From: an uncultured Pseudomonadota bacterium
Lineage (GTDB): Bacteria > BMS3Abin14
Length of the DNA stretch: 12,152 nt
Direction: 5' to 3'
Assembly (NCBI GenBank): GCA_964454175.1
Contig: CAYVSA010000048.1
Coordinates: 1 to 12,152 of the forward strand
Of the stretch, positions 1 to 7,200 are shown in pieces. How positions within the stretch are numbered: position 1 is the stretch's first letter; each line of letters begins with the position of its first letter. The notes beneath the pieces were generated by a model. It saw only the letters and a list, made by a program, of their open reading frames with translations. It searched no databases and was not told the origin of the DNA. A program made the position numbers and the translations under genes.

Positions 1-28
1 ACAAGAAACTATAGCGAGATAACGTACC

Positions 29-682
29 ATGATCGATCTGCACACCCACACATTTGCAAGCGATGGTGAACTTCTCCCGTCAGAGCTGATCAGGCGTGCC
101 CTTGTGACTGGTTACAGAGCTATTGCCATAACTGATCATGCGGATGAAACGAATATCGAAGAACTTATCAACAGGGCGAAGATCGCGGCTGATCTCTGGA
201 ATGAGTTTGGCAATATACATGTCCTTCCCGGAATAGAAATAACACATGCCCCTCCGGAAACAATTGCGCCCCTTGCGACTTTCGCCAAAAAGCTTGGCGC
301 ATTAATAGTCGTTGTTCACGGTGAGACGATCACAGAGCCCGTAGCTCCCGGCACCAACGCAGCTGCGGTTGCCTGCCCGGATGTGGACATACTGGCCCAC
401 CCGGGCTTGATAAGCCCGGCAGACGCGAGGACTGCTGCAGAGAACGGCATTTTCCTGGAGATCACCACAAGGAGAGGCCACGCCATGGCAAATGGCCGTG
501 TGGCCTATGAAGCCCTCACTGCGGACGCGAGGATGGTAATCAACAGCGACGCACACGCCCCGGGTGATCTGATAGATATTGACTGGGCGAAGACTGTGCT
601 GGAAGCAGCCGGCTTGAACGAAGAGGAAATAGAGCAGGCCCTTAAGAATAGTGAGGAACTGCTGGGGGCTGTGACTGAATAG
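29..682 (+). CDS. PHP-domain metal-dependent phosphoesterase (histidinol-phosphate-phosphatase-domain family), 217 aa
   Basis: PHP metal-binding motifs visible in the translation: N-terminal DLHTHT..SDG, AITDH, GIEITH, VHGET, DILAHPG, NSDAH. ATG at 29, TAG at 680-682. The substrate cannot be assigned. Confidence 0.88.
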   Translation: MIDLHTHTFASDGELLPSELIRRALVTGYRAIAITDHADETNIEELINRAKIAADLWNEFGNIHVLPGIEITHAPPETIAPLATFAKKLGALIVVVHGETITEPVAPGTNAAAVACPDVDILAHPGLISPADARTAAENGIFLEITTRRGHAMANGRVAYEALTADARMVINSDAHAPGDLIDIDWAKTVLEAAGLNEEEIEQALKNSEELLGAVTE

Positions 683-685
683 GGC

Positions 686-751
686 CTGTCCCATGACCCA
701 TGTCTCAGGGCCCATGTAAAACTGGGCCATGGGCCCTGGGACCTGGGACAG
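686..751. repeat. Palindromic heptamer cassette: 4 C-rich heptamers + TAAA + 4 G-rich heptamers
   Basis: ctg|tcccatg|acccatg|tctcagg|gcccatg (686-716), taaa (717-720), actgggc|catgggc|cctggga|cctggga|cag (721-751). 703-716 pairs with 728-741 over 14 bp with one G:U. Confidence 0.9.
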
Positions 752-767
752 TACAAACGGAGCACCG

Positions 768-1511
768 ATGACCTACATAAAAAAACGCATTCAGAAAAAA
801 GTTTCAAAAGAGCCGGATGAAGTCCTGACCCTTTACCAGAGAGGTGTCGACTGGGCCAACGAAAACGTAAAAGTGCTTACCCTGGCCGGTGGAACCATTA
901 TACTGATCGCAGTACTGTCCCTCGGGTACATCTGGGTGCATAACAGCAGGCAGGAATCAGCAAACCAGGCCCTTTCGGCGGCCATTAACCTCTACAGACA
1001 GAGTACGTCATTCAAGGCCGGCGAGTTGTCAGGAGGAGTTGATCAGAGTGCTGATGATTCGCTGAAAAGGGCTCTTGCCGCCTTCCAGGGTGTTGCATCC
1101 GAATACCAGAGTATGAAGCAGGGCAAAGAGGCATCCCTGTTTGCTGCAAACCTGTATTTCAGGATGGGCAGCTATGAGCAGGCTGCGGCCGAGGTCGAGA
1201 GTCTGCTGGAACGGGATCCCGAGTTTTCCCAACAGCTTAACGTCTCATACTTCATGGCGCGGATCCTCGAAGCGAAGGGAAACTACTCAAGGGCCGTCGA
1301 CCTCTATACTGGAGTACTGGTAAGCGCTACCACGGACCTGAAACCAGTTGTAATGATGGATCTTGCCAGGTGCTACGAGCTCTCGGGCGATAAGGACCAG
1401 GCGATCGAAAACTACAAATTAGTACTTTCTGAATTTCAGGACACTGTATACGCGAACAAGGCTGAGGCAAAACTGGCTACTTTTGGCATCAAGAGTGATG
1501 ATCTGCCTTGA
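768..1511 (+). CDS. Membrane-anchored tetratricopeptide-repeat protein (YfgM-like), about 247 aa
   Basis: Start re-called to ATG 768, which has GGAG at 759-762. The track start at 729 lies inside the heptamer repeat. Basic N-terminus (MTYIKKRIQKKVSKEPDE), one hydrophobic helix (VLTLAGGTIILIAVLSLGYIWV), then TPR-like helices (AANLYFRMGSYEQA, MARILEAKGNYSRA, LARCYELSGDKDQAIENY). Confidence 0.82.
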   Translation: MTYIKKRIQKKVSKEPDEVLTLYQRGVDWANENVKVLTLAGGTIILIAVLSLGYIWVHNSRQESANQALSAAINLYRQSTSFKAGELSGGVDQSADDSLKRALAAFQGVASEYQSMKQGKEASLFAANLYFRMGSYEQAAAEVESLLERDPEFSQQLNVSYFMARILEAKGNYSRAVDLYTGVLVSATTDLKPVVMMDLARCYELSGDKDQAIENYKLVLSEFQDTVYANKAEAKLATFGIKSDDLP

Positions 1512-3274
1512 AACGACTCTTCCTTTCAGGAAATGAAGCTATAGCCAGAGGCGCCCTGGAAGCGGGCGTTTCCCTCGTCACCGGCTACCCTGGCACACCC
1601 AGCACAGAGATCCTGGAACAGTACGCTCGTATGGGTGGCGCCAATCCCATGTGGGCTCCCAACGAGAAGATCGCAGTGGAGATGGCCAGCGGTGCTTCCT
1701 TCGCCGGGTTCAGGACTTTGGCGGCGATGAAGCACGTGGGTATTAACGTTGCGGCAGACCCTGTTTTTACACTTGCCTACACTGGTGTACGCGGGGGGCT
1801 GGTTATCGTGACGGCTGACGACCCCGAGCTCCACAGTTCCCAGAATGAACAGGACAACCGCAGGTATGCTCATTTTGCCCGGATCCCCATGCTGGAGCCT
1901 TCAGACAGCAGGGAGGCCCTCGAATTCACACGGGAAGCTTTTAAACTGAGCGAAGACTTTGATCTGCCTTTTTTCATAAGGACGACCACCAGAACATCCC
2001 ACGGGAAATCCATAGTACCGGATGACGTCCTGAAGTCAGAAACAGGCGAGGTTGAGCCTGGACTGGTTAAAGACCCTTCCAAGTACGTCATGGTCCCCTC
2101 CAACGCCAGGCCCAAACATGTAGAACTGGAGGACAGGGTGTCAAGAGTGGCCGAATTCGCCGAATCCTGTTCCTTTAACCGGATCGAGATGGCTGGAACT
2201 GCCCTGGGCGTAGTGACCTCTGGGATCAGCTACAATTATGTCAAGGAGGCCCTGCCCGATGCCTCAGTTCTGAAACTGGGCATGGTCTTTCCCCTTCCGT
2301 CAGGCCTGCTCAGTGAGTTCGCTTCCAGTGTGGACAGACTAGTCGTGGTGGAGGAACTGGAGCCGTACCTGGAAGAGTGGATAAGGATCGAGGGTTTTGA
2401 AGTTGAGGGAAAATCTCTCATTCCCAGGTTTGGAGAAATAGACACCGGTGTGGTGAGAGACGCGGTCCTCGCCGGCAAACAACCTGTCAGGGAAGCTCCG
2501 GCTGATGATCAGGAAGTACCCCAGCGCCCGCCGGTAATGTGCATCGGCTGTCCCCACAGGGGGATCTTTTACCTGCTTTCAAAAAAGAAAACCTTCGTTG
2601 CGGGGGATATCGGCTGCTACACCCTCGCGGTTACGCCCCCTCTGTCTGCCATCCACACCACTGTCTGCATGGGCGCTGGTATAAACCAGGCGGCCGGGAT
2701 GGAGGTCGTCCTGCCCGAAGAACACGGGAAGGTTTTATCGGTGATAGGTGATTCAACATTTCTGCACACCGGTATGGGCGGCGTCTTCAATATGACCTGC
2801 AATAATATTCCGGCGACGGTGCTTATCCTTGACAACTACACAACTGCAATGACCGGCAGACAGAACCACCCTGGAAGCGGATTTGACGTACACGGGAACA
2901 GGACAAAAAAAATCGACTGGGAAAAACTGTTGAGGGGACTCGGCGTTGAGCACCTCCAGATGGTCGACGCTTACGACCTTGACGAAATAGAGTCCGCTCT
3001 GAACGAAGAGATCAATCGTGACGCGCCATCGGTCATCGTGGTCCAGGGTGCCTGCATGCTGCTGAGGAACCAGCCTGTCAAGATCGAAAAGCCATACGCT
3101 ATCGACGAAGAAGCGTGTACGGATTGCGGCATGTGTCTGAAATTGGGATGTCCGGCGATCTCAAGGAAAAACGCATCTCCAGATGAAACACCGGTAATCA
3201 GTGCTGCGGATTGCACCGGCTGCAGCCACTGTTTCCAGGTCTGCAGCTTTGACGCTATTCAGGAGATAGAATGA
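1508..3274 (+). CDS. iorA: Indolepyruvate (arylpyruvate):ferredoxin oxidoreductase alpha subunit, 588 aa
   Basis: GNEAIARG, GYPGTPSTE, PNEK, MKHVG, SSQNEQD, RPPVMCIGCPH, GDIGCYTL, TPP-binding GDSTFLH...LDN..TAMTG, and a C-terminal 2x[4Fe-4S] domain (CTDCGMC..GCP; CTGCSHCFQVC). TTG start; in-frame TGA stops at 1496 and 1499 exclude an earlier start. Confidence 0.95.
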   Translation: MKRLFLSGNEAIARGALEAGVSLVTGYPGTPSTEILEQYARMGGANPMWAPNEKIAVEMASGASFAGFRTLAAMKHVGINVAADPVFTLAYTGVRGGLVIVTADDPELHSSQNEQDNRRYAHFARIPMLEPSDSREALEFTREAFKLSEDFDLPFFIRTTTRTSHGKSIVPDDVLKSETGEVEPGLVKDPSKYVMVPSNARPKHVELEDRVSRVAEFAESCSFNRIEMAGTALGVVTSGISYNYVKEALPDASVLKLGMVFPLPSGLLSEFASSVDRLVVVEELEPYLEEWIRIEGFEVEGKSLIPRFGEIDTGVVRDAVLAGKQPVREAPADDQEVPQRPPVMCIGCPHRGIFYLLSKKKTFVAGDIGCYTLAVTPPLSAIHTTVCMGAGINQAAGMEVVLPEEHGKVLSVIGDSTFLHTGMGGVFNMTCNNIPATVLILDNYTTAMTGRQNHPGSGFDVHGNRTKKIDWEKLLRGLGVEHLQMVDAYDLDEIESALNEEINRDAPSVIVVQGACMLLRNQPVKIEKPYAIDEEACTDCGMCLKLGCPAISRKNASPDETPVISAADCTGCSHCFQVCSFDAIQEIE

Positions 3275-3861
3275 GCCAAAAGGCCGAAAGCCCGGTGAAC
3301 ATATTTCTCGTTGGAGTGGGGGGGCAGGGAACTATCCTGGCCAGTGAGCTTTTGTCCGCCGTGCTCATGGATGCGGACTACGATGTAAAGAAAAGCGAGG
3401 TCCACGGTATGGCCCAGAGAGGCGGCCGCGTCGAATCACACGTTCGTTTCGGGCCCAGAGTTTATTCGCCCCTCATTGTCAGGGGAGAAGTGGATTACCT
3501 GGTGGGGTTCGAGCTTTCAGAAACCCTGCGCAGCATGGACTGGCTCGCCCCTCAAGGTGTGGTGATAGTCGACAGGAAGGCCATACTCCCCTATACGGCA
3601 CAGGTTGGAGATGCTCCCTATCCTTTTGACACCATTAAGAGGATCTCCGATAAGGGCTTTGATCTGGCCGTTGTCGACTGCGAAACCTTGTCTGAAGAGC
3701 TGGGGGAAAAAAAGACTGCCAATGTCGTGCTCATGGGAAGGCTCGCGCGATGCCTGCCCATTGAAAAAGAAATATGGGAAAAGGGAATAAGAGATAACTT
3801 TCCGGAAAAGCTAGTGGATATTAATCTGGAGGCGTTCAGGTTGGGGTTCAGGGTGGAGTAA
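3271..3861 (+). CDS. iorB: Indolepyruvate:ferredoxin oxidoreductase beta subunit, 196 aa
   Basis: GVGGQG, SEVHGMAQRGG.V.SHVRFG, NVVLMG, NLEAF.LG. ATGA overlap with the iorA stop. Confidence 0.95.
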   Translation: MSQKAESPVNIFLVGVGGQGTILASELLSAVLMDADYDVKKSEVHGMAQRGGRVESHVRFGPRVYSPLIVRGEVDYLVGFELSETLRSMDWLAPQGVVIVDRKAILPYTAQVGDAPYPFDTIKRISDKGFDLAVVDCETLSEELGEKKTANVVLMGRLARCLPIEKEIWEKGIRDNFPEKLVDINLEAFRLGFRVE

Positions 3862-3869
3862 GCCAATAG

Positions 3870-3890
3870 TTGAACTTTGAACGTTAAACG
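3870..3890 (+). repeat. Short tandem heptamer repeat of a second family (TTRAACK x3)
   Basis: ttgaact|ttgaacg|ttaaacg, starting 8 nt after the iorB stop. Confidence 0.6.
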
Positions 3891-3914
3891 CGATCGCTGT
3901 TCACCACGAGATTA

Positions 3915-3943
3915 TTGACACAGAGCCAATTATAAATAAGAAT
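3915..3943 (+). promoter_or_regulatory. Candidate sigma70 promoter for the paaK-ACT-liv transcript
   Basis: Perfect TTGACA (3915-3920), 17-nt spacer, AAGAAT (3938-3943; 4/6 match to TATAAT, keeps A-11 and T-7). Lies in an AT-rich intergenic region, followed by AGGAGG (3972-3977) and GGAG (3981-3984) before ATG 3989. Confidence 0.6.
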
Positions 3944-3948
3944 GAAAA

Positions 3949-3966
3949 GTTGTTTTAGTTTACAAC
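3949..3966. promoter_or_regulatory. Candidate operator palindrome GTTGT-N8-ACAAC at the predicted transcription start
   Basis: GTTGT (3949-3953) TTTAGTTT ACAAC (3962-3966), beginning 5 nt after the putative -10 box. Confidence 0.35.
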
Positions 3967-3988
3967 AGAACAGGAGGAAGGGAGCGAC

Positions 3989-5290
3989 ATGATCTGGGAC
4001 AACGAATATGAGGGCATGCCCAGGGAAGCCCTCGAATCACTTCAGGTGTACAGGTTGAAAAAAACAGCGGAACGAGTCTACTCCACAGTCCCGTTCTACA
4101 CAGATGCATTTGACAAGGCCGGGTTTTCACCCTCCCAGATCAAAACACTGGATGACCTCAAGAGGATACCCTTCACCAATAAGTCCGACCTGAGGGACAA
4201 CTATCCCTTCGGGCTCTTTACACTGCCACTCCACGAGGTGGTAAGGATACACGCCTCTTCCGGAACCACCGGAAAGCCTACTGTGGTGGGATATACCAGA
4301 CGCGACATCGACACGTGGGCTGAATTGATGGCCAGGACGCTTTCATGCGCCGGAGTTCAGAAGGGTGACGTGGTTCAGAATGCCTATGGCTACGGTCTTT
4401 TTACGGGCGGCCTGGGTTTTCACTACGGTGCCGAAAGACTTGGCGCCACAGTGATACCCATTTCCGGCGGCAACACCAAGCGTCAGCTGATGCTGATGGA
4501 GGATTTCGGCAGTACTGTTATCACCTGCACGCCTTCTTACGCCCTCACTATTGCCGAGATGCTGGATGAAGCGGGTATCGATAAATCACGTCTCAATCTC
4601 CGCGTAGGTATCTTCGGGGCCGAGCCCTGGTCACAGAACATGAGGACACAGGTGGAAAGCAAGCTTGGTATCGACGCTGTGGATATTTACGGCCTGTCGG
4701 AGATCATAGGTCCTGGAGTATCCGTTGAGTGCATTGAAGCCAAGAACGGGCTCCATATCTTTGAAGACCACTTTATCCCCGAGATCATTGATCCCGATTC
4801 CGGCGAGCAGCTGCCCTTTGGAGAGGAAGGGGAACTGGTGTTCTCGACTGTCACCAAAGAAGCGTTTCCCGTGCTTCGTTACAGGACCAGGGACATAACG
4901 CGGCTCTATCCCGAACCGTGCAAATGCGGCAGGACCCACGTGCGGATGGACAGGGTCAGGGGACGAAGCGATGACATGCTCATCATCCGCGGTGTAAATC
5001 TCTATCCCAGCCAGATAGAGAGCCTCCTTATGGGGATCAACGGACTGGAGCCCCACTATCAGCTGGTAGTAAAGAGGGAAGGGACGTTAGACACGCTGGA
5101 GGTGAGGATCGAGGTAAACGAGTCCATCTTCACCGATGAAATAAAGAACCTTGAAAAACTGGAAAACATGGTCGAAAAAGAGGTAAAGGATATCCTGGGC
5201 GTATCTGCCAGGATCAAGCTGGTAGAACCCAAGACGCTCCAGAGGTTTGAGGGCAAAGCTTCGAGGATCGTGGATGAGAGGGAAATATAG
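3989..5290 (+). CDS. paaK: Phenylacetate-CoA ligase family protein (aryl-acetate CoA ligase), copy 1, 433 aa
   Basis: [18 protein letters not shown]-loop, [53 protein letters not shown] and C-terminal GKASR lysine. Strong RBS. Confidence 0.95.
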   Translation: MIWDNEYEGMPREALESLQVYRLKKTAERVYSTVPFYTDAFDKAGFSPSQIKTLDDLKRIPFTNKSDLRDNYPFGLFTLPLHEVVRIHASSGTTGKPTVVGYTRRDIDTWAELMARTLSCAGVQKGDVVQNAYGYGLFTGGLGFHYGAERLGATVIPISGGNTKRQLMLMEDFGSTVITCTPSYALTIAEMLDEAGIDKSRLNLRVGIFGAEPWSQNMRTQVESKLGIDAVDIYGLSEIIGPGVSVECIEAKNGLHIFEDHFIPEIIDPDSGEQLPFGEEGELVFSTVTKEAFPVLRYRTRDITRLYPEPCKCGRTHVRMDRVRGRSDDMLIIRGVNLYPSQIESLLMGINGLEPHYQLVVKREGTLDTLEVRIEVNESIFTDEIKNLEKLENMVEKEVKDILGVSARIKLVEPKTLQRFEGKASRIVDEREI

Positions 5291-5303
5291 TGTTTGGTTC
5301 AAT

Positions 5304-5331
5304 CCTGGGACCTGAGACCTGGGTCTTGGGA
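5304..5331 (+). repeat. G-rich heptamer array (4 units) between paaK copy 1 and the ACT gene
   Basis: cctggga|cctgaga|cctgggt|cttggga; same family as 686-751 and 10636-10836. Confidence 0.88.
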
Positions 5332-5356
5332 CCGGAACAAAGACGGGGGTAAAGGT

Positions 5357-5782
5357 ATGAAAGTCGAACAGATATCCATATTCATGGAGAACAAGGCCGG
5401 GAGGCTGGCCCAGGTCACCAGGATACTTGGGGAGGCAGGGGTTAATATCAGGGCCCTTTCCCTGGCTGACACGGCCGATTTCGGCATCCTTCGTCTCCTT
5501 GTAAGTGACAACCAGAAGGCAGTGGACGCACTTAAAAAAGACGGCTTTACCGTGAACCTCACGGAGGTTCTGGCGATCGCTGTTCCCGACGAGCCAGGAG
5601 GTTTGGCGGATTTTCTTGCCTTGATCGGTGATAACGGGATCAATATAGAATATCTATACGCTCACAGACGCGGTGATAACGCAGTGATCATCTTTCGTTT
5701 CAACGACCTTGAGAAGGCGAGGGAGGTCATAGAGGGGGCCAACTTCAAGGTAGTGGATGGTAGTGAGCTTTATTCCATGTAG
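5357..5782 (+). CDS. Stand-alone tandem ACT-domain (amino-acid-binding) protein, about 141 aa
   Basis: Start re-called to ATG 5357 (GGGGG at 5345-5349 as RBS); the track's longer N-terminus is translated repeat. MKVEQISIFMENKAGRL...NIRALSLADTADFGILRL...VPDEPGGL...NIEYLYA is the two-ACT architecture commonly encoded next to paaK-family genes. Confidence 0.9.
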   Translation: MKVEQISIFMENKAGRLAQVTRILGEAGVNIRALSLADTADFGILRLLVSDNQKAVDALKKDGFTVNLTEVLAIAVPDEPGGLADFLALIGDNGINIEYLYAHRRGDNAVIIFRFNDLEKAREVIEGANFKVVDGSELYSM

Positions 5783-5783
5783 C

Positions 5784-5815
5784 ACATTCTGACCTGCATC
5801 AGCAGGGAAGAGTGT
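5784..5815 (+). other. RNA hairpin with tandem G.A mismatches upstream of the substrate-binding gene
   Basis: ACATTCT (5784-5790) pairs with AGAGTGT (5809-5815; one G:U). GA/GA internal loop (5791-5792 and 5807-5808). CCTGC/GCAGG stem, ATCA loop. Confidence 0.55.
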
Positions 5816-5863
5816 ACCAAGGCACTTAAGAGAACGTCTAAAGGGGGGAAAGAGAGGAGAACA

Positions 5864-7045
5864 ATGAGAATGCACAGAGGGTTAAGGCGGATGGGAGTGA
5901 TCGCGCTGGGAATGGTAGTCGCGTTCGCGTTCGTGTCCTGCGCCAAGGCGCCGGAGGCTCCCAAAGAGTACAAGATAGGCGCTATTTTTGCTTCTACAGG
6001 CCCGGCTTCCATGCTCGGACTGCCTGAGAAGAACACGGTCGAGATGCTGGAAGCTGATCTTAACGCAGCAGGCGGCATCAACGGCACACCGGTGAAGGTT
6101 ATAATGTACGACACCGAGGCCAACCCGACCAAAACTGTTACCTCGACCAAAAAACTGATCGAGAAGGACAAGGTGGATGTAATTATCGGCCCGACAACAT
6201 CGGGTACTACCCTGGCTATTATTGACGTTGTACAGGAAGCCAAGATCCCGTTGATCTCCTGTGCTGCCTCCGTCAGGATCATCCAGCCGGTCAAGTCTTA
6301 CGTTTACAAGACTCCGCAGACCGACGTCATGGCTGTAGAGAAGATCTACACCAAGCTCCAGGCGGACGGCATCAAGAACGTCGCCATTATCACGGTCAGC
6401 AACGGCTTCGGTGACTCCGGCCGCACCCAGCTCCAGAAACTGGCCGCCAAGTACGGTCTGACTGTTGTTGCGGATGAGCGCTTCGGTAAGAAAGATACCG
6501 ACATGACGGTGCAGCTTACCAAGATCAAGGGCACCAATGCCGAGGCTATCATCAGCTGGGACACGAACCCGGGCCCGGCTATCATAGCCAAGAACAGAAA
6601 GGCTCTCGGGATCACCATTCCCCTTTACAACAGCCACGGCGTTGCCTCCAAGAAGTTTATCGAGCTTTCCGGCGGTGCTGCAGAGGGAACTTATCTGCCG
6701 GCAGGTAAGCTCCTCGTGGTGGACCAGCTTGCGGAGAACGATCCGCAAAGAAAGGTCCTTCTGGATTACAAGAACAACTACGAGAGCAAGTTCGGCGGTT
6801 CCGTCAGCACCTTCGGCGGCCATGCATACGACGCTTTTCAGCTGGCTGTTAAAGCCATCTCCAACCTCGTGGAAAAGAAAGTCGCCGTCAACCACGACAG
6901 CATAAGGGGTGAGCTGGAGAAGATAACCGGATTCGTCGGAACCGGTGGTGTGTTCAATTTCTCTGCCGAAGATCACAACGGTCTCACGAAAGAGGGATTC
7001 GGCATGATCGAGATCGAGAACGGCAACTGGAAAATGGCCGAATAA
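5864..7045 (+). CDS. LIV/HAAT-family ABC transporter substrate-binding protein, probable lipoprotein, 393 aa
   Basis: RBS GAGGAG at 5854-5859. Basic plus hydrophobic signal ending FVS-C (Cys26). KIGAIF..TGPAS.LG, GGING.PVK..YD, VDVIIGP, FGGHAYDA and F.G.GG.FNFS are typical of type I periplasmic-binding proteins of LIV-type systems. Confidence 0.93.
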   Translation: MRMHRGLRRMGVIALGMVVAFAFVSCAKAPEAPKEYKIGAIFASTGPASMLGLPEKNTVEMLEADLNAAGGINGTPVKVIMYDTEANPTKTVTSTKKLIEKDKVDVIIGPTTSGTTLAIIDVVQEAKIPLISCAASVRIIQPVKSYVYKTPQTDVMAVEKIYTKLQADGIKNVAIITVSNGFGDSGRTQLQKLAAKYGLTVVADERFGKKDTDMTVQLTKIKGTNAEAIISWDTNPGPAIIAKNRKALGITIPLYNSHGVASKKFIELSGGAAEGTYLPAGKLLVVDQLAENDPQRKVLLDYKNNYESKFGGSVSTFGGHAYDAFQLAVKAISNLVEKKVAVNHDSIRGELEKITGFVGTGGVFNFSAEDHNGLTKEGFGMIEIENGNWKMAE

Positions 7046-7065
7046 CCGGCCTGACAATGAAGTGA

Positions 7066-7112
7066 ACTCCCACAGAGAGTTAAGTTGAGAACAACGACTC
7101 CCCTGTGGGAGT
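7066..7112 (+). other. Long intergenic stem-loop after the substrate-binding gene
   Basis: ACTCCCACAG (7066-7075) / CTGTGGGAGT (7103-7112) is a perfect 10-bp stem, continued by GAGTT/GACTC and GTTG/CAAC, with an AGAA loop. Confidence 0.8.
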
Positions 7113-7121
7113 ATGCCTGCC

Positions 7122-7150
7122 AGGGGGCCGGGAAACGGCCCCCTCTTTAT
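7122..7150 (+). terminator. Intrinsic terminator-like hairpin, probably leaky
   Basis: AGGGGGCCG (7122-7130), GGAAA loop, CGGCCCCCT (7136-7144): a perfect 9-bp stem, followed by a weak U tract CTTTAT. Confidence 0.65.
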
Positions 7151-7200
7151 GAATTCAGGACTGTACCTGTACCCTGCAGCCTGGGAAAGACCATGCACAG

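Noticed and set aside
1-28. 3' end of an upstream gene (possible TAG at 12-14)
   Set aside because: Too little sequence to establish a frame or product.
729-767. ORF-track N-terminal extension of the TPR protein (MGPGTWDSTNGAP)
   Set aside because: ATG 729 is part of a CATGGGC repeat unit. ATG 768 has a well-spaced GGAG and gives a family-typical N-terminus.
5294-5356. ORF-track N-terminal extension of the ACT protein (MVQSWDLRPGSWD...)
   Set aside because: It is translated heptamer repeat from a TTG with no RBS. The ACT fold starts at MKVEQISIF (5357).
5882-7198. 438-aa antisense ORF opposite the substrate-binding gene
   Set aside because: It lies almost entirely opposite a well-supported gene and has no recognisable motifs. 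It is best explained as a shadow ORF caused by sense-strand codon bias.
7046-7200. Known riboswitch (c-di-GMP, cobalamin, SAM, TPP, T-box) in the SBP-permease spacer
   Set aside because: I could not find the conserved core sequences of these classes by eye; only generic hairpins are supported. An Rfam scan would be decisive.
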